Shown here one piece after another: positions 37,201 through 49,130 of a stretch of DNA of 64,000 nt (position 1 is the stretch's first letter; every line of letters begins with the position of its first letter). The translations under genes and the position numbers were made by a program. The DNA is from Heterodontus francisci (lineage: Eukaryota): positions 31,083,036-31,147,035 of the forward strand of contig NC_090401.1 of assembly GCF_036365525.1 (NCBI RefSeq). Direction: 5' to 3'. The notes under the pieces are model-generated. The model saw only the letters and a program-made list of their open reading frames with translations, was not told where the DNA came from and ran no database searches.

Positions 37201-40200
37201 CTGCTGAATTACTTGAAAATAATATATTACATCACTGTTGTCTACTTTAAACATATCAGGGGTGATCTAAACCGGCCCACCCAGCAGAAACTAGGTGGGT
37301 GGGAGTTAAAATTGACCAGGTAACTTACCCAATAGAAATCCATCAGGGATTCACTGATTTGAATTTTAACCTGCTCTACTGAATAGGTGTCAAGAACACA
37401 AGTCCAAAGCCAGCTCAGGCCTTCTTTACATATGCGTGTCAGGTCCTGATGACATCAGGATCCAACTGCAACTTTAACTGCTGTCATGAGCAGCGATACC
37501 GTTGTAGATTTTCTGCGATTTGAAGAAGGAGCTCCAGGCAGAAGAGGCCCATAGAAATAAAGCGTTTTTGCTTTTCTTGTGAGGCCTAGAGGTGCAGGAG
37601 TGCTTTTCCAGACACCGCAAGGAAATATTTTGGGCCTCAGTTGCCGCAGACTCCTACCAAAATTCTTTCCCCAAAACGAGACCCCTGGGAGACTGCCCTC
37701 GAAGTTGATCCTGTCTAGTTGTCTGTTGGGTGGTCTCTAAACCGCCAATCGAGCTATGGACTGCTAGTTTTCCAGTTTCCTTCTAAGAAATTGGGTTCTG
37801 GATCATGCTTTGGTGGTGTGAGGGTCGGGAGCTGGGGAATAGGAACAGAAGTAGCTGGCGAAAGGGATAAGAAATAAATGGCTATGGCTTCCACTACCCA
37901 CCGCATCTGAAAATAAAAACATATGGGAGCAGAAGAACATAGAGAAACAAGCAAAAAAAGAAAATCAAGTTCTGGCAAGAGATGGAGTAAAAAAGTAGAA
38001 TGTGAGAGCGATAGAGAGTGAAATAGCAACACAAATATGACATGGATAGATGCAAGACTATATAGAGTCATAGAGTTATACAGCACAGAAACAGGCCCTT
38101 CAGTCCACCGTGTCTCTCCCGGCCATCAAGCACCTAACTATTCTAATCCCATTTTCCTGCACTTGGCCCGTAGCCTTGTATGCTATGGCGTTTCAAGTGC
38201 TCATCTAAATACTTCTTAAATGTTGTAAGGGTTCCTGCCTCTACCACCTCTTCAGGCAGTGCGTTCCAGATTCCAACCACCCTCTGGGTGAAAAGTTTTT
38301 CCTCAAATCCCCTCTAAACCACCTGCCCCTTACCCTAAATCAACACCCCCTGGTTATCGACCCCTCTGCTAACGGACAAAGTTTCTTCCTATCTAACCTA
38401 TCAATGCCCCTCAATTTTATATACCTCAATCAGCTGCGCCCTCAGCCTTCTCTGCTCTAAGGAAAACAACCCGAGCCTTTTCAGTCTCTCTTCATAGCTG
38501 AAATGCTCCAGCCCAGACAACATCCTGGTGAATCTCCTCTGCACCCTCTCCAGTGCAATCACATCCTTCCATAGTGTGGTGCCCAGAACTGTATACAGTA
38601 CTTCAGCTGTGGCCTAACTAGTGTTTTATACAGATAACCTCCCTGCTCTTATATTCTATGCCTTAGCTAATAAAGGCAAGTATCCCATATGCCTTCCTAA
38701 CCACCTTATCTACCTGTGTTGCTGCCTTCAGTGATATATGGACAAGTACACCCAGGTCCCTCTGACCCTCTGTACTTCCTAGGATCCTACCATCCATTGT
38801 ATATGCCCTTGCCTTGTTAGTCCTCCCAAAATGCATCACCTCACACTCCTCAGGATTAAATTCCATTTACCACTGCTCCGCCCATCTATATCGTCCTGTA
38901 ATCTAAGGCTTTCCTCCTCACTATTTACGACACCACCAATTTTCATGTCATCTGCGAACCTACTGAGAGGATTTGAAAATTTGTGTCAGAGCCCCTGCCA
39001 TCTCCTCCCTTGCCTCACATAACAGCCTGGGATACATCTCATTTGGGCCTGGGGATTTATCCACTGTTAAGCCTGCTAAAACTGCAGAAAAGATTCACAA
39101 GGATGTTGCCTGGTTTGGAGGGCTTGAGTTATAAAGAGAAATTGGATAGGCTGTGTCTGTTTACCCTGGAGCAAAGAAGGCTGAGAAGGGTCATGCTAGA
39201 GGTATATAAAATTATGAGAGGCATAAATAGGGTAGACAGCCAGAGTCTGTTTCCCATGGTAGGGGTGACTAAAACTAGAGGGCATAGATTTAAGGTGAAA
39301 GGGAGGAGGTTTAAAAGGGATCAAAGGGGTACATTTTTCACACAAAGAATAGTGGGTATTTGGAATGAGCTGCCTGAGGAGGTGGAGGAGGCAAGAACAG
39401 TAGCAACATTTAAGAGGCATCTGGACAGGTACTTGAATGAGCAAGGCATAGAGGGATATGGAATTAATGCAGGCAGGTGGGATTAGTATAGATAGGCATT
39501 ATGGTCGGCATGGACGTGGTGGGCCGAAGGGCCTGTTTCTATGCTGTACGACTCTATGACTTTCAATGCTAATATGTTCAAGTATATCACAATCCCCCTC
39601 CCTGATCTCTGCACCTACATTGTCCTTCTCCATAATGAACACAGATGAAAAGTAATCATTTAAAGCCTCACCAATGTCCTCCGGCTCCGCACACAGATTG
39701 CCACTTTGGTCCCTAATGGGCTCTACGCTTTCCCTGATTATCCTCTTGCCCTGAATATAGTTATAAAACGCCTTGGGATTTTCCTTTATCTTGCTCGCCA
39801 TTGGTTTTTTCATGTCCCCTCTTCGCTCTCCTAATTACTTTTTTTAAGTACCCCCCTACACTTTCTATACTCCTCTAAGACCTCCACTGTTTCTAGCACT
39901 CTGAATCTGCCATAAGCCTCCTTTTTTTCTTCCTTATCCAATCCTCTATATCCCTTGACATCCAGGGTTCCCTGGACTTGTTGGTCCTATCCTTCACCTT
40001 AATGGTTACATGTTGGCTCTGAACTCTCACTATTTCTTCTTTGAATGACTCCCACTGGTCTGATGTAGACTTTCCTACAAGTAGCTGCTCCCAGCCCACT
40101 TTGGCCAGTTTTATCATATTGAAATTGGCCTTCCCCCAATACAGTACCTTTATTACCAGTCCCTTTTTGTCCTTTTCCATAACTGCCTTAAATCTTAGCG

Positions 40201-42430
40201 TTACGGTCACTATCCCCGAAATGCTCCCCCACTGATACTTCTACCACTTGTCCGGCTTCATTCCCTAGGACTAGGTCCAGTACTGCCCCTTCTCTTGTAG
40301 GACTTTCTACGTGCTGGCTCAAAAAGTTCGCCCGTATGCATTTTAAAAATTCCACCCCCTTTTAGCCTTTTGCACTAAGACTATCCCAGTTGATATCGGG
40401 GAAGTTGAAATCCCCTATTATTACCCTATTATTTTTACACCTCTCAGAAATTTGCCCATATATCTGCTCCTCTATCTCTCCCTGGCTGTTTGGAGGACTG
40501 TAATATAAAAAGAACTTGCATTTATATAACACCTTGCATGACCGCAGTACTTCCAAAAGTGGTTAACAACAAATGAGGTACTTTTCTGAGATGCAGTCAG
40601 TGTCATAATGTAAAAAATGCAGCAGTTAATTTTCACACAGCAAGGTCCCACTAATATCAATGAGGTAATGACCAGACAATCTGTTTTAGTGATGCTAAAG
40701 GATAAATGTTGTCCAGGACACTGGGAGAACTGCCCTGTACTTCTTTTAATTGAACCATGGGATTTTATACATTTTTTGAAATTTATTAATTCAAGGATGT
40801 GGACATGGCTGGAATGGCCAGCATTTATTGGCCATCCTTAACTGTTCCTGAGAAGGTGGTGGTGAGCTGTCCTCTTGAACCACTGCAGTCCATGTGCTGA
40901 AGGTACTCCCACAGTGCAATTAGACAGGAAGTTCCAAGATTTTGACCCAGTGACCATGAAGGAAAAGTGATACAGTTCCAAGTTAGGATGGTGTGTGATT
41001 TGGGAGGGGAACTTGGAGCTGTTGGTGTTCCCATGAGCCTACTGCCCTTGCACTACAAGGTGGTAGAGGCTGGGTGTTTGGAAGGTGCTGTCTAAGGAGC
41101 CTTGGTGAGTTGCTGCAGTGCATCTTGTAGATGGTACACACGGCGACCAAGTTGTTCTGGTGGTGGAGGGAGTAAATGTTTAAGGTGGTGGATGGGGTAC
41201 AGATCAAATGGGCTGCTTTGTCATAAACGTTGTTGAGCTGTATGAGTGTTGTTAGAGCTGCACTCATCCAGGCAAGTGGAGAGTACTCCAACACACTCCT
41301 GACTTGTGCCTTTTAGATGGTGGACAGGCTTTGGGGAGTCACGAGGGGAGAGTTACTCACCACAGAATTTCCAGCTTCCGACCTGCTCTTGCAGTCACAG
41401 TATTTGTATGGCTGGTTCTGTTAAGTTCCTTGTCAATGATAACCACAGAATATTGATGGTAGGGGATTCATTGATGGTAATAATATTGAATAACAAGGGG
41501 AGTTGGTTAGACTGTCTCTTGTTGGAAATGGTCATTGTTTGGCACTTGTGTGGCATGAAAGTTACTTGCCAATTATCAGCACAAGTCTGGATGTTGTCCA
41601 GGTCTTGCTGCATTTGGTTATAATTTGCTTCAATATCTGAGAGATTGAGAATGCAATTAACATTATGCAATCACTAACAAACATCCCGACTTCTGACCTT
41701 ACAATGGAGTGAAGATCATTGATGGAGCAGCTGAAGACGGTTGGGCCTAAGCCACTACCCTGAGTGATGTCTGGAGGCTCAGATGATTTGTCTCGAACAG
41801 CCACAAACATCTTAATTTGTACTAGGTAACACTGAAGCCAGTGGAGATTTCTCTCTGAATTCCCATTGATTTCAATTTTACTAGGGCTCCTTGATGCTGC
41901 ACTCGATCAAATGTTGCCCCGATGTCAAGGGCAGTCACTCTCATCTCATGTCTAAAATTCAGCTTTTTTGTCCGTATTTGAATCAAGGCTGTAATGAGTT
42001 CTGGAGCTGAGGGTCCTGGTGAAACCTCAACTCAGTATCAGTGAACAGGTTATTGGTGATCAAACTCGGTTTAACAGCTCATCTGAAAGATGACACCTCC
42101 GACAATTCCGCACTCCCTCAGTACTGCAAAGATGTATCAGCCGAGGTTATTTGCTCAAGTCTCTGGAGTGGAAATTGAACATACGACCTTCTGACTCCGA
42201 GTCGATATCCTCCGACTAACAATGAGCAATGCAATGGGAGATCTACTAATTTCCTTTGTAAATTTTTGAGAGCATTGTCACACTTTGTGTAATGTGCAAT
42301 ACTGCTGCTAGATCCACTTCAGTAGTCCCCTTCCTAGGATGTTTTTGTCTATTATTTAAAAATATATATATTTTGCAGTCAAATAGTGCTTACCTGCACC
42401 TATAGCTGCAGCTCCAGCTATCCACAACAT
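34255..42430 (-). CDS. IFI27: Gene A copy 2: IFI27-like (ISG12 family), 94 aa, spliced
   Basis: Exons 42430-42394, 34910-34749 and 34340-34255. The last exon reads ...ANIALG...RYVK*, versus ANIVLG...RYGK* in copy 1. Confidence 0.9.
35560..37135 (+). mobile_element. CR1 LINE (duplicate of 3990-5565)
   Basis: Same RT ORF fragments at 35885-37053. Confidence 0.95.
38055..42205. mobile_element. Nested CR1 / Deu-SINE cluster (duplicate of 6485-10635)
   Basis: Same ORF fragments with offset 31570. Confidence 0.85.
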
Positions 42431-45280
42431 GATAATCTGCTAATTTGCACACTGTAAACTTAAAAAAAGTCTTTCATTAGAGGGGAATAAATAAATAAAT
42501 AATAAAAACCAGTAGATGTATTTGAATTTCCAAAAGGGAATTGATAAAGTGCCACATAAAAAGGTTATTACACAAGATAAGAGCTCATGATGGGCTGGAT
42601 TTTGTGGAGGAGACGGGGCTTCCTGCCTCAGCCTTTTCATGTCCCACCCCGCCCCCCACCCCCAAGCCTCAGAGAGATCCTCTGTTGTTTTCCTGTCCGA
42701 GTGTCCCGCGCCAGCATCCCTGTCCCTTGGAGGATCCTGCCTCCAAGAGCTGCCGGCCAATCACTGGGAGCAGTGGCCACTGCCGGTATTGCAGAAGCCT
42801 GGGACCCAGGCCCAGCGCTGGAACCCCAGACCTCAGGTAAGAGAGGAGGGGTTGCTGAGGCCAGTCCGGAAGGCCGCAGCGAGTGGGGTTGCGGGGGGGG
42901 GGTGGTGGGTGCGGTGGTGGTCATAAAGCCCAGGAGGAGTGGAGCCCTGGGAGGTGCATTGTTTTCCAGCCAGGGCCCTCCATGAACCACAGATTGCCCA
43001 TAGAGGAGGGCCCCACCCCCAAGCCACAGGTAGGTTCCTCGTTTTACAAGGCAACACCCCCTGACTCCATTAATAGGCCACTTAAGGGCCTAGTGACAGG
43101 CGGGTGGTGAACTATAAAATCCAGCCCAATATTGGCACTAATATATTACACATGGATAGAGGATAGAGCATCGGTGTCCAAACTTTTTGCATGAGGGGCC
43201 ACATTACAATTTTTGTCCTCCGTAGGGGTGAACAAATTTCGGAAAGTTAAAGGCATTAGAAACGTATCTTACAAGAATAATGTCGCTTGATATTGTATTC
43301 CTTGAAAACAGCTACCTTCTTGTCACATCAGACACAATATGGCCCTCGTTGTCCAAGAGTGTTTGAATGCTCGACATTCAGGATCAATTTTCCTTTCCTT
43401 GCTGTATTCATGAGCCGCCATCTTTCTTTCGATAAGTATTTTGGGTAAACACTGTTTGAGATAGATATCAGGGCTCCTGCTCTCGCTCCTGGTTGAAGGG
43501 GCTCCCGGTTAAATGGGCTCGGCTCTCTCTCTTGGTTAAATGGGCACTGCCAGCTTGTTGGGTTATCGCCTGGGGCCCTGGCAATTTCACTCTGCCAGAC
43601 GGCAGGGGCGGGCAAAAAGGAGGTAGTGAGCGTCTTCAACCTTCCCTGGTGGCTAGAAACTTCAACAGCCTGGCGCTGCTCCACTCCTCTCCCCAGCTCT
43701 CTTCAGACTTTATCATGTCCAGCAAAGCATTGCGTGTCTGCCATTATTAGTCCATCAGCCACTACTTAGGCACTGCAACTCCAATATTAGTTCAGATTGG
43801 CGAACCGAATAGAAACCTTTGGTGGGTCTGATAAAAGGAGGCAGCCTTCTGACAGCTGGGGGGTCCTCCTGATCGGTCAACCTGAGCCCGATGGAGGGCC
43901 ACCCCTGAAGCCCCAACTACCCCCATCGCCCAACACGCACCACCCCCACCCTCCACCCCTTGTCGCCTATCCGACCTCCCTTGCCTCACCGGGGCCCGAC
44001 TGATTGCCCCTGCAATCTTCAGCTGGGTTGCAGTGCCAACAGTGGCCATCGCTCCCACTGATTGGCCGGCAGCTCCATTAGGCAGCACTTCCTGCCTCAA
44101 TGAGGTGGAAGTCTTGCCCAAGACCAATTAAAGGCCTGGGGACCTGAAAGTCCGGTCTGGATCCCATGCCTGGTGGAGGCGGGATCACCACCAACTCTTG
44201 CATTGGCGGACGGCTTCCCCATGCCCACCATAAAATTCCAGCCAGCACCTCAAGACAGTTCAACACTCCACTGGAGTGTCAGCTTTGAGTTTTGTGCTTG
44301 GAGTGGAACTTCAACCCACAACCTTCTGACTCAGAGGAGAGAATGTTACCAACCAAATGCAGCCGACACCTAATCCTAAATCCTAATATGACACAAGGTT
44401 GTAAGTTAGTAATTGTTTAAGATGAAAGCTGCTGGTACTGAGGAGATGCCAGCCTGCTGATTGGCGATTGGCCAGCAGCTCCTGGAGGCGGGACTTCCTG
44501 CCCCAGAAGGGTGGCAGACCAAGCCAATGCCAATTAAGGGCATGAGCCACCCAAAAATTGTTGTGTGGTTTCCAGACCCGGCGGAGCTGGTCTCACCCCT
44601 CCCCCCCCCCACCGGCCAGAATTTTACATTGGGCTGGAAGCCCCGCCCACTGGCCAAAAAGTCAGGGGTGAGCCTCCCTCTGCCGGACCTGGAAGCCAAG
44701 GGTACGAGATGGGAACAGCAGCACCCGCCCCCATTCCCCCACCTCTCACTCAATTTTATGTCCTCGCCCGACAGCCTGCTCCTGCGGGGTGGTGTAAAAC
44801 GCCAGCCCCCAACAATTAGGCCAGATTTGAAATTAGTGGGTTAACACTTCTGTTGAAATTAGTGGAGAGGGGGATTTCATCCTCTAGTATCTCCAGTCAT
44901 GGTCTCTGCGCCTTTCTTTGCTGAGTCGTCAACATCATAAATGTTGTTGTAGTTGCAGTAAACCTTGGGTGCGGCCTCATCGCTGTAATGGAATACAGTC
45001 GGGCCATCGCTCCCTGGTCCCAGAGAGGACAGCGCCAGCCATCGCCTTCAACATCGCGCAAGTCACGACCCAATTAACAAAAATACAAATGGAAATACAC
45101 TGGTGTTTTATAATAAACTGGTGTGTACTTGCACTATCATTTTCATAACAATCACTTAAAAACATCACTAAAAATGCAATCTGCTGAACAACTATTGAAT
45201 CACTATATCAAATTTATCTTAAATATTTATATCTAGCTTCAATTTTAAATATTAAATCTTATCTTAAATATTAAATATAC

Positions 45281-45400
45281 CTGTTGTATTTTGTAGTTGT
45301 CCAATGTCAAACTTGAACGTCAGCTGTTCTCTATTGGCAGCAGAAGCGGCTGTGCAGAAAATATAGTAAACTGAAAGAAGTCCGCTGGGCCCTAATGCTC
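45281..45400 (-). promoter_or_regulatory. Gene A copy 2 non-coding exon 1 and core promoter
   Basis: Same sequence as 13713-13832. Confidence 0.6.
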
Positions 45401-45914
45401 GTGGTGTGGAACTCAGTCATTGAGTATGTTTAAAGAAGAGATTGACAGATTTCTAAATATCAATGACATAAGGGTATATGAGGATAGTGTGGGAAAAACA
45501 CATTGAAGTGGATGATCAGCCAAGATCGTACTGAATGGCGGGGCAGGCTCAATGGGCTGAATGGCGGGGCACTCTACTTGGTATTTGTGTTGGAGGATCA
45601 GGGGAAACCATTTATTTTGGTATTGCACAACACTTCTGACTACTATTTACAGTGGCAGACTCTCATATAAATAGGGAACTTGTTGCTTATGTATGCATGA
45701 CTCAGGCGTGAAAGTTACAACTTCACTGAAGGTCCCTGGACACAATTTCAGAAAGTGGCAAGAGAAAGTGAGAAAAAAAGTCAGAGTTAAAAAGAAATTC
45801 AAAACCAAGGCCTGAATTTAACCTGGACGACAGGGGTCCCGGTGACAGGCTGGAAGGGGACAACCCCACCTTGGCCCTGTTTTGAACCCCCATCCAAATT
45901 CCACAACGGGCGTG

Positions 45915-46769
45915 AATTGTGTTTGATCGGAGGTAAATGATCTGCATTATACAAAGAAATCACAAAAGATAGAAACTTATATGACCCAAAGAAAATACAT
46001 ACAGGAAAATCACCAGAAAAATACAAGAAGAAAGAAGCAGAAAATATAAAGTGTGACAAGATCCTTGCGATTCTTTAGCACTCTTGAGACTGAGTTTTAT
46101 GGGCTCCCTCTGGATGGGAACGTAGGCGGTGGAGTGCCCGTCGCCTTCCTGACCCCTTGGCATTTAGTCCAGGCAGCCATTTAACTGCCTGTAGTCAGGG
46201 TCCCTTTAAAGACCCTTTAAGGATGGTGATCTCTTCCACAAGAGCTGCTGGCTAATCAGAGGGCTGACAGCTCAGTAGTAATGGCAATGCCACTGGAAAC
46301 AGTGGCCACTGCTGTTACTACAGGAAGACCAGGACCAGGACCAGCGCTGGAGCCCCGGACCACAGGTGAGTGTGGTGGGCTCGCCAGGACAGCAGGAAGA
46401 GGCCCTTAAGTTAATTGGCCACTTCAAGGCATCAATTGGCCCCTGGGCGGGAAGGCTCTCCTTGGCCTTCCTCGCCCTTGGACTAAAGTCCAAGGTGTTG
46501 GGAAGGCGACGGGTACTCCACTCCCCGCCTACCCATGCAATTTTATTGACCCCCTCCCATCTCCATTCCCATCCCGAGGGGGCCCATAAAACTCAGCCCC
46601 ATGAGTGCTAAAGAATAGCAAAGATCTTGTCACTCCTTATATTCTGTGCTTTCTTTTTCTTATATTTTTCGGAGATTTTCCTGTATGCATTTACTTTGCA
46701 TCACATAAGTTTCTATCTTTTTTGATTCCTTTGTATAATGCGGATCATTTACCTTGGATCAAATAAATT
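45915..46769. repeat. Long imperfect inverted repeat (~170-bp arms) enclosing the MITE
   Basis: 45915-46086 aligns with the reverse complement of 46600-46769 (tttgatc..ggtaaatgatc.gcattatacaaag..gatagaaacttat..catacaggaaaatc..gtgacaagatc..ttctttagcactc). Confidence 0.85.
46087..46599. mobile_element. MITE with (GGG)CTGAGTTTTATGGG TIRs (right part lost in copy 1)
   Basis: Left end agactgagttttatgggctccctctggatggg versus right-end reverse complement gggctgagttttatgggccccctcgggatggg. Confidence 0.75.
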
Positions 46770-47930
46770 GCTGCACTTTTCTTGATTCCTTCCCACCAGT
46801 GTGGGTACCCAGGATGGTACCGTGGTCTAAGCAGTATCTTCCAAAAGTTTAGCATTACTTTACTTTGTTCCTCTCTGCCCCTGTACATAAAACATGAAAT
46901 AAATGTTTCTGGCCCCTCTCCCACCCCCAATAACCATACAATTCATTCCTTGCCCTCTCCCCCTACAGAATACTTACCTGGCGTACCTGATCTTCCCCCT
47001 CCACTTTTCATAAACTGTGAACTTTACCCCTTCCCAGAAGCCCCTACACCAATTAGAGAAGTGTGACCCTTTTCCACCAACTCCCCCCGCACTGAAACCC
47101 TTACCTGCTCCCCCACTCCCCACCAGTGTTACACCTCGTATCCCCAGATGGGGATCTGAAGGTGCTGGAGTGCCAGCCACTGGCAGCAATATTGCTACAG
47201 AGCAGGGACGGCAGGAGCAGGTAAGTAATTAAATTGTTGATTACAAAAATTTAAATATTGAAATTTTGAACCCTTGCCAAGCGGTGGGGGGCCACCACAA
47301 GACCTCGCCACTGCTGGCAATATGAGGCCAGACCTTCCCGACGTCGAGGCCCCTGGCGGGCTTCTCCCGGAGGCAATTTCCAGTATCCCCCGCCATGACC
47401 CCCGATATCGATGGTGCTGTAAAATTCAGCCCAAAGAGTGGGCAGCAGGTGCTTATATAAATCATCTCATCACATCTTTACCTACTCCGTTATGATGACA
47501 AATGTCCTTGGGGGAAGAATACAAACCATGTCCTATGTCATTGAGTTATATCCCTCAACAAAACTATCTGGTGGCATTTGCACTTTGCCTGCTCGTGATG
47601 CTCTCAAATGTCTCGTTATATGACAAGTCTGTGTAGGCCAAATAAAAACTAAGAGAAAGAGAAACAGACCGGGGAAAGAGTAAGAAATACAGCGGGAAAG
47701 AAAAAAGTCCAATGGGTCTGGAAAAATGAGAGAGATGCAAAGATCAGGTGGCAGAGGACTTCTGGGCAATACCACAGGAGATCAAAGTACAAAGTACTGA
47801 AACTTTCCGGTGAACCCAGACCTGCGGGGATCCTAGAAAATATACAGAAAAAACAAACTACCGGATAGTTGGCAACTTGTGTATTTACACTATTTACTAA
47901 ATTTAAAGTGACGCTGTCAACCTGGAACGG

Positions 47931-48034
47931 GGAAATGAAACTGATCTTCAGTGTAAAATCTGATCCCTTCAAGCTGTTAGTGATGCAATCCGATTTCTGA
48001 AGAAACGAAACTGAATCCATGTAGTTTCAATGTC
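47931..48034. promoter_or_regulatory. ISRE cluster (putative interferon-responsive enhancer) present only in copy 2
   Basis: GAAATGAAACT (47932-47942) and AGAAACGAAACT (48001-48012) both match AGTTTCNTTTC on the minus strand. Degenerate AGTTTCAATGTC at ~48023-48034. 47970-48035 aligns with the reverse complement of gene B's ISRE block. Confidence 0.72.
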
Positions 48035-48639
48035 CTGTTCAAACAGTGGAGATCACACAATGAAGTAAAGTTCATTTTTACCGCCATGTTTACTCTCTAA
48101 ATTTGCTCTGTGGTTGCAGTGTTTAAGGAGCTGGCCTGATTCCAGCTTGTTGAAAACAACAATTCCTGATTTAACACTTCAACGATTTCTTCCCTTTGCT
48201 GGAGAGTGAGCTGCAGAGGAGAGAAAAAGAAACAAGAAAGGGGAACAAAACAAGAAAGATAGAAAAGAAAAGGAGATAAACAGTCATCTTCACACTGCAC
48301 TGAATGCTGTAGTACAGAGTCCATTTTCATGCCATGCAATATTGATATCATTGATAGACACTAATGGTGTGACTGTTAATGATTCAATAGTTCAGATAGT
48401 TAGCTCTTATCAACCATTCAATTGTTACTGGTAATAGGGCAAAGCACTAGTCTATTTCCAGCTTTAAAATGGAGGGAGAGAATTTCCAAAGGGCTGGATG
48501 ACCTCCCCCCCACCCTCTCGATGGACCCCACCCGCCACCCCCCCCCCCCACCACCCGCCATACTGGGGCCCAGCCAATTGACCCAGCGAGGCCCCACACA
48601 CTTACCTTTTCTGATTAAGAACTGATTAAGATCATCCAA

Positions 48640-49130
48640 AGCTCTTCTGCTGAGGTCCTAACTCACACCAAGTTCCGTTTGCTCATCATCCCCATGCTCA
48701 CTGACCTAAATTGGTTCCTGGTTAAGCAACGCCTCGATTTTAAAATTCTCATCCTTATTATCAAAAGCCTCCATGACCTTGCCCCTCCCTAGCTTTGTAA
48801 TCATCTCCAGCTCTAAAATCCTCTGAGACATCTCTGCTCCTCCAATTCTGGCTTTTTGTGCATTCCTGATTTTAATCACCCCCACCACTCGTGGCCGTGC
48901 CTTCAGCTGCCTAGGCCTTAAACTCTGGAATTCGTTCCCTATATCTCTCTGACTCTTTATCGCTCTTTCTTCCTTCAAACCTACTTGTTCGACCAAGCTT
49001 TTAGTCATCTGCCCTAATATCTCTTTATGTGGCTCAGTGATGTCAAATTTTATTTGATGACACTTCTGTGAAATCCCTTGGGAGGTTTTATTTTGTTGAG
49101 GGAGATATATAAATACAACTTGCTGTTGAT
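48640..49130 (+). mobile_element. L2-clade LINE 3' end (only the last ~90 bp survive in copy 1, at 14851-14940)
   Basis: L2-like C-terminal coding remnant (LTDLNWFLVKQRLDFKILIL) and tail ctgtgaaatcccttgggagg...tatataaatacaacttgctgttg. Confidence 0.75.

Noticed and set aside
46419-49042. Extra segment as a single mobile-element insertion or as a third gene
   Set aside because: No TSD or termini, the breakpoints split pre-existing repeats, and no Ifi-6-16 exon or other credible coding exon was found inside.
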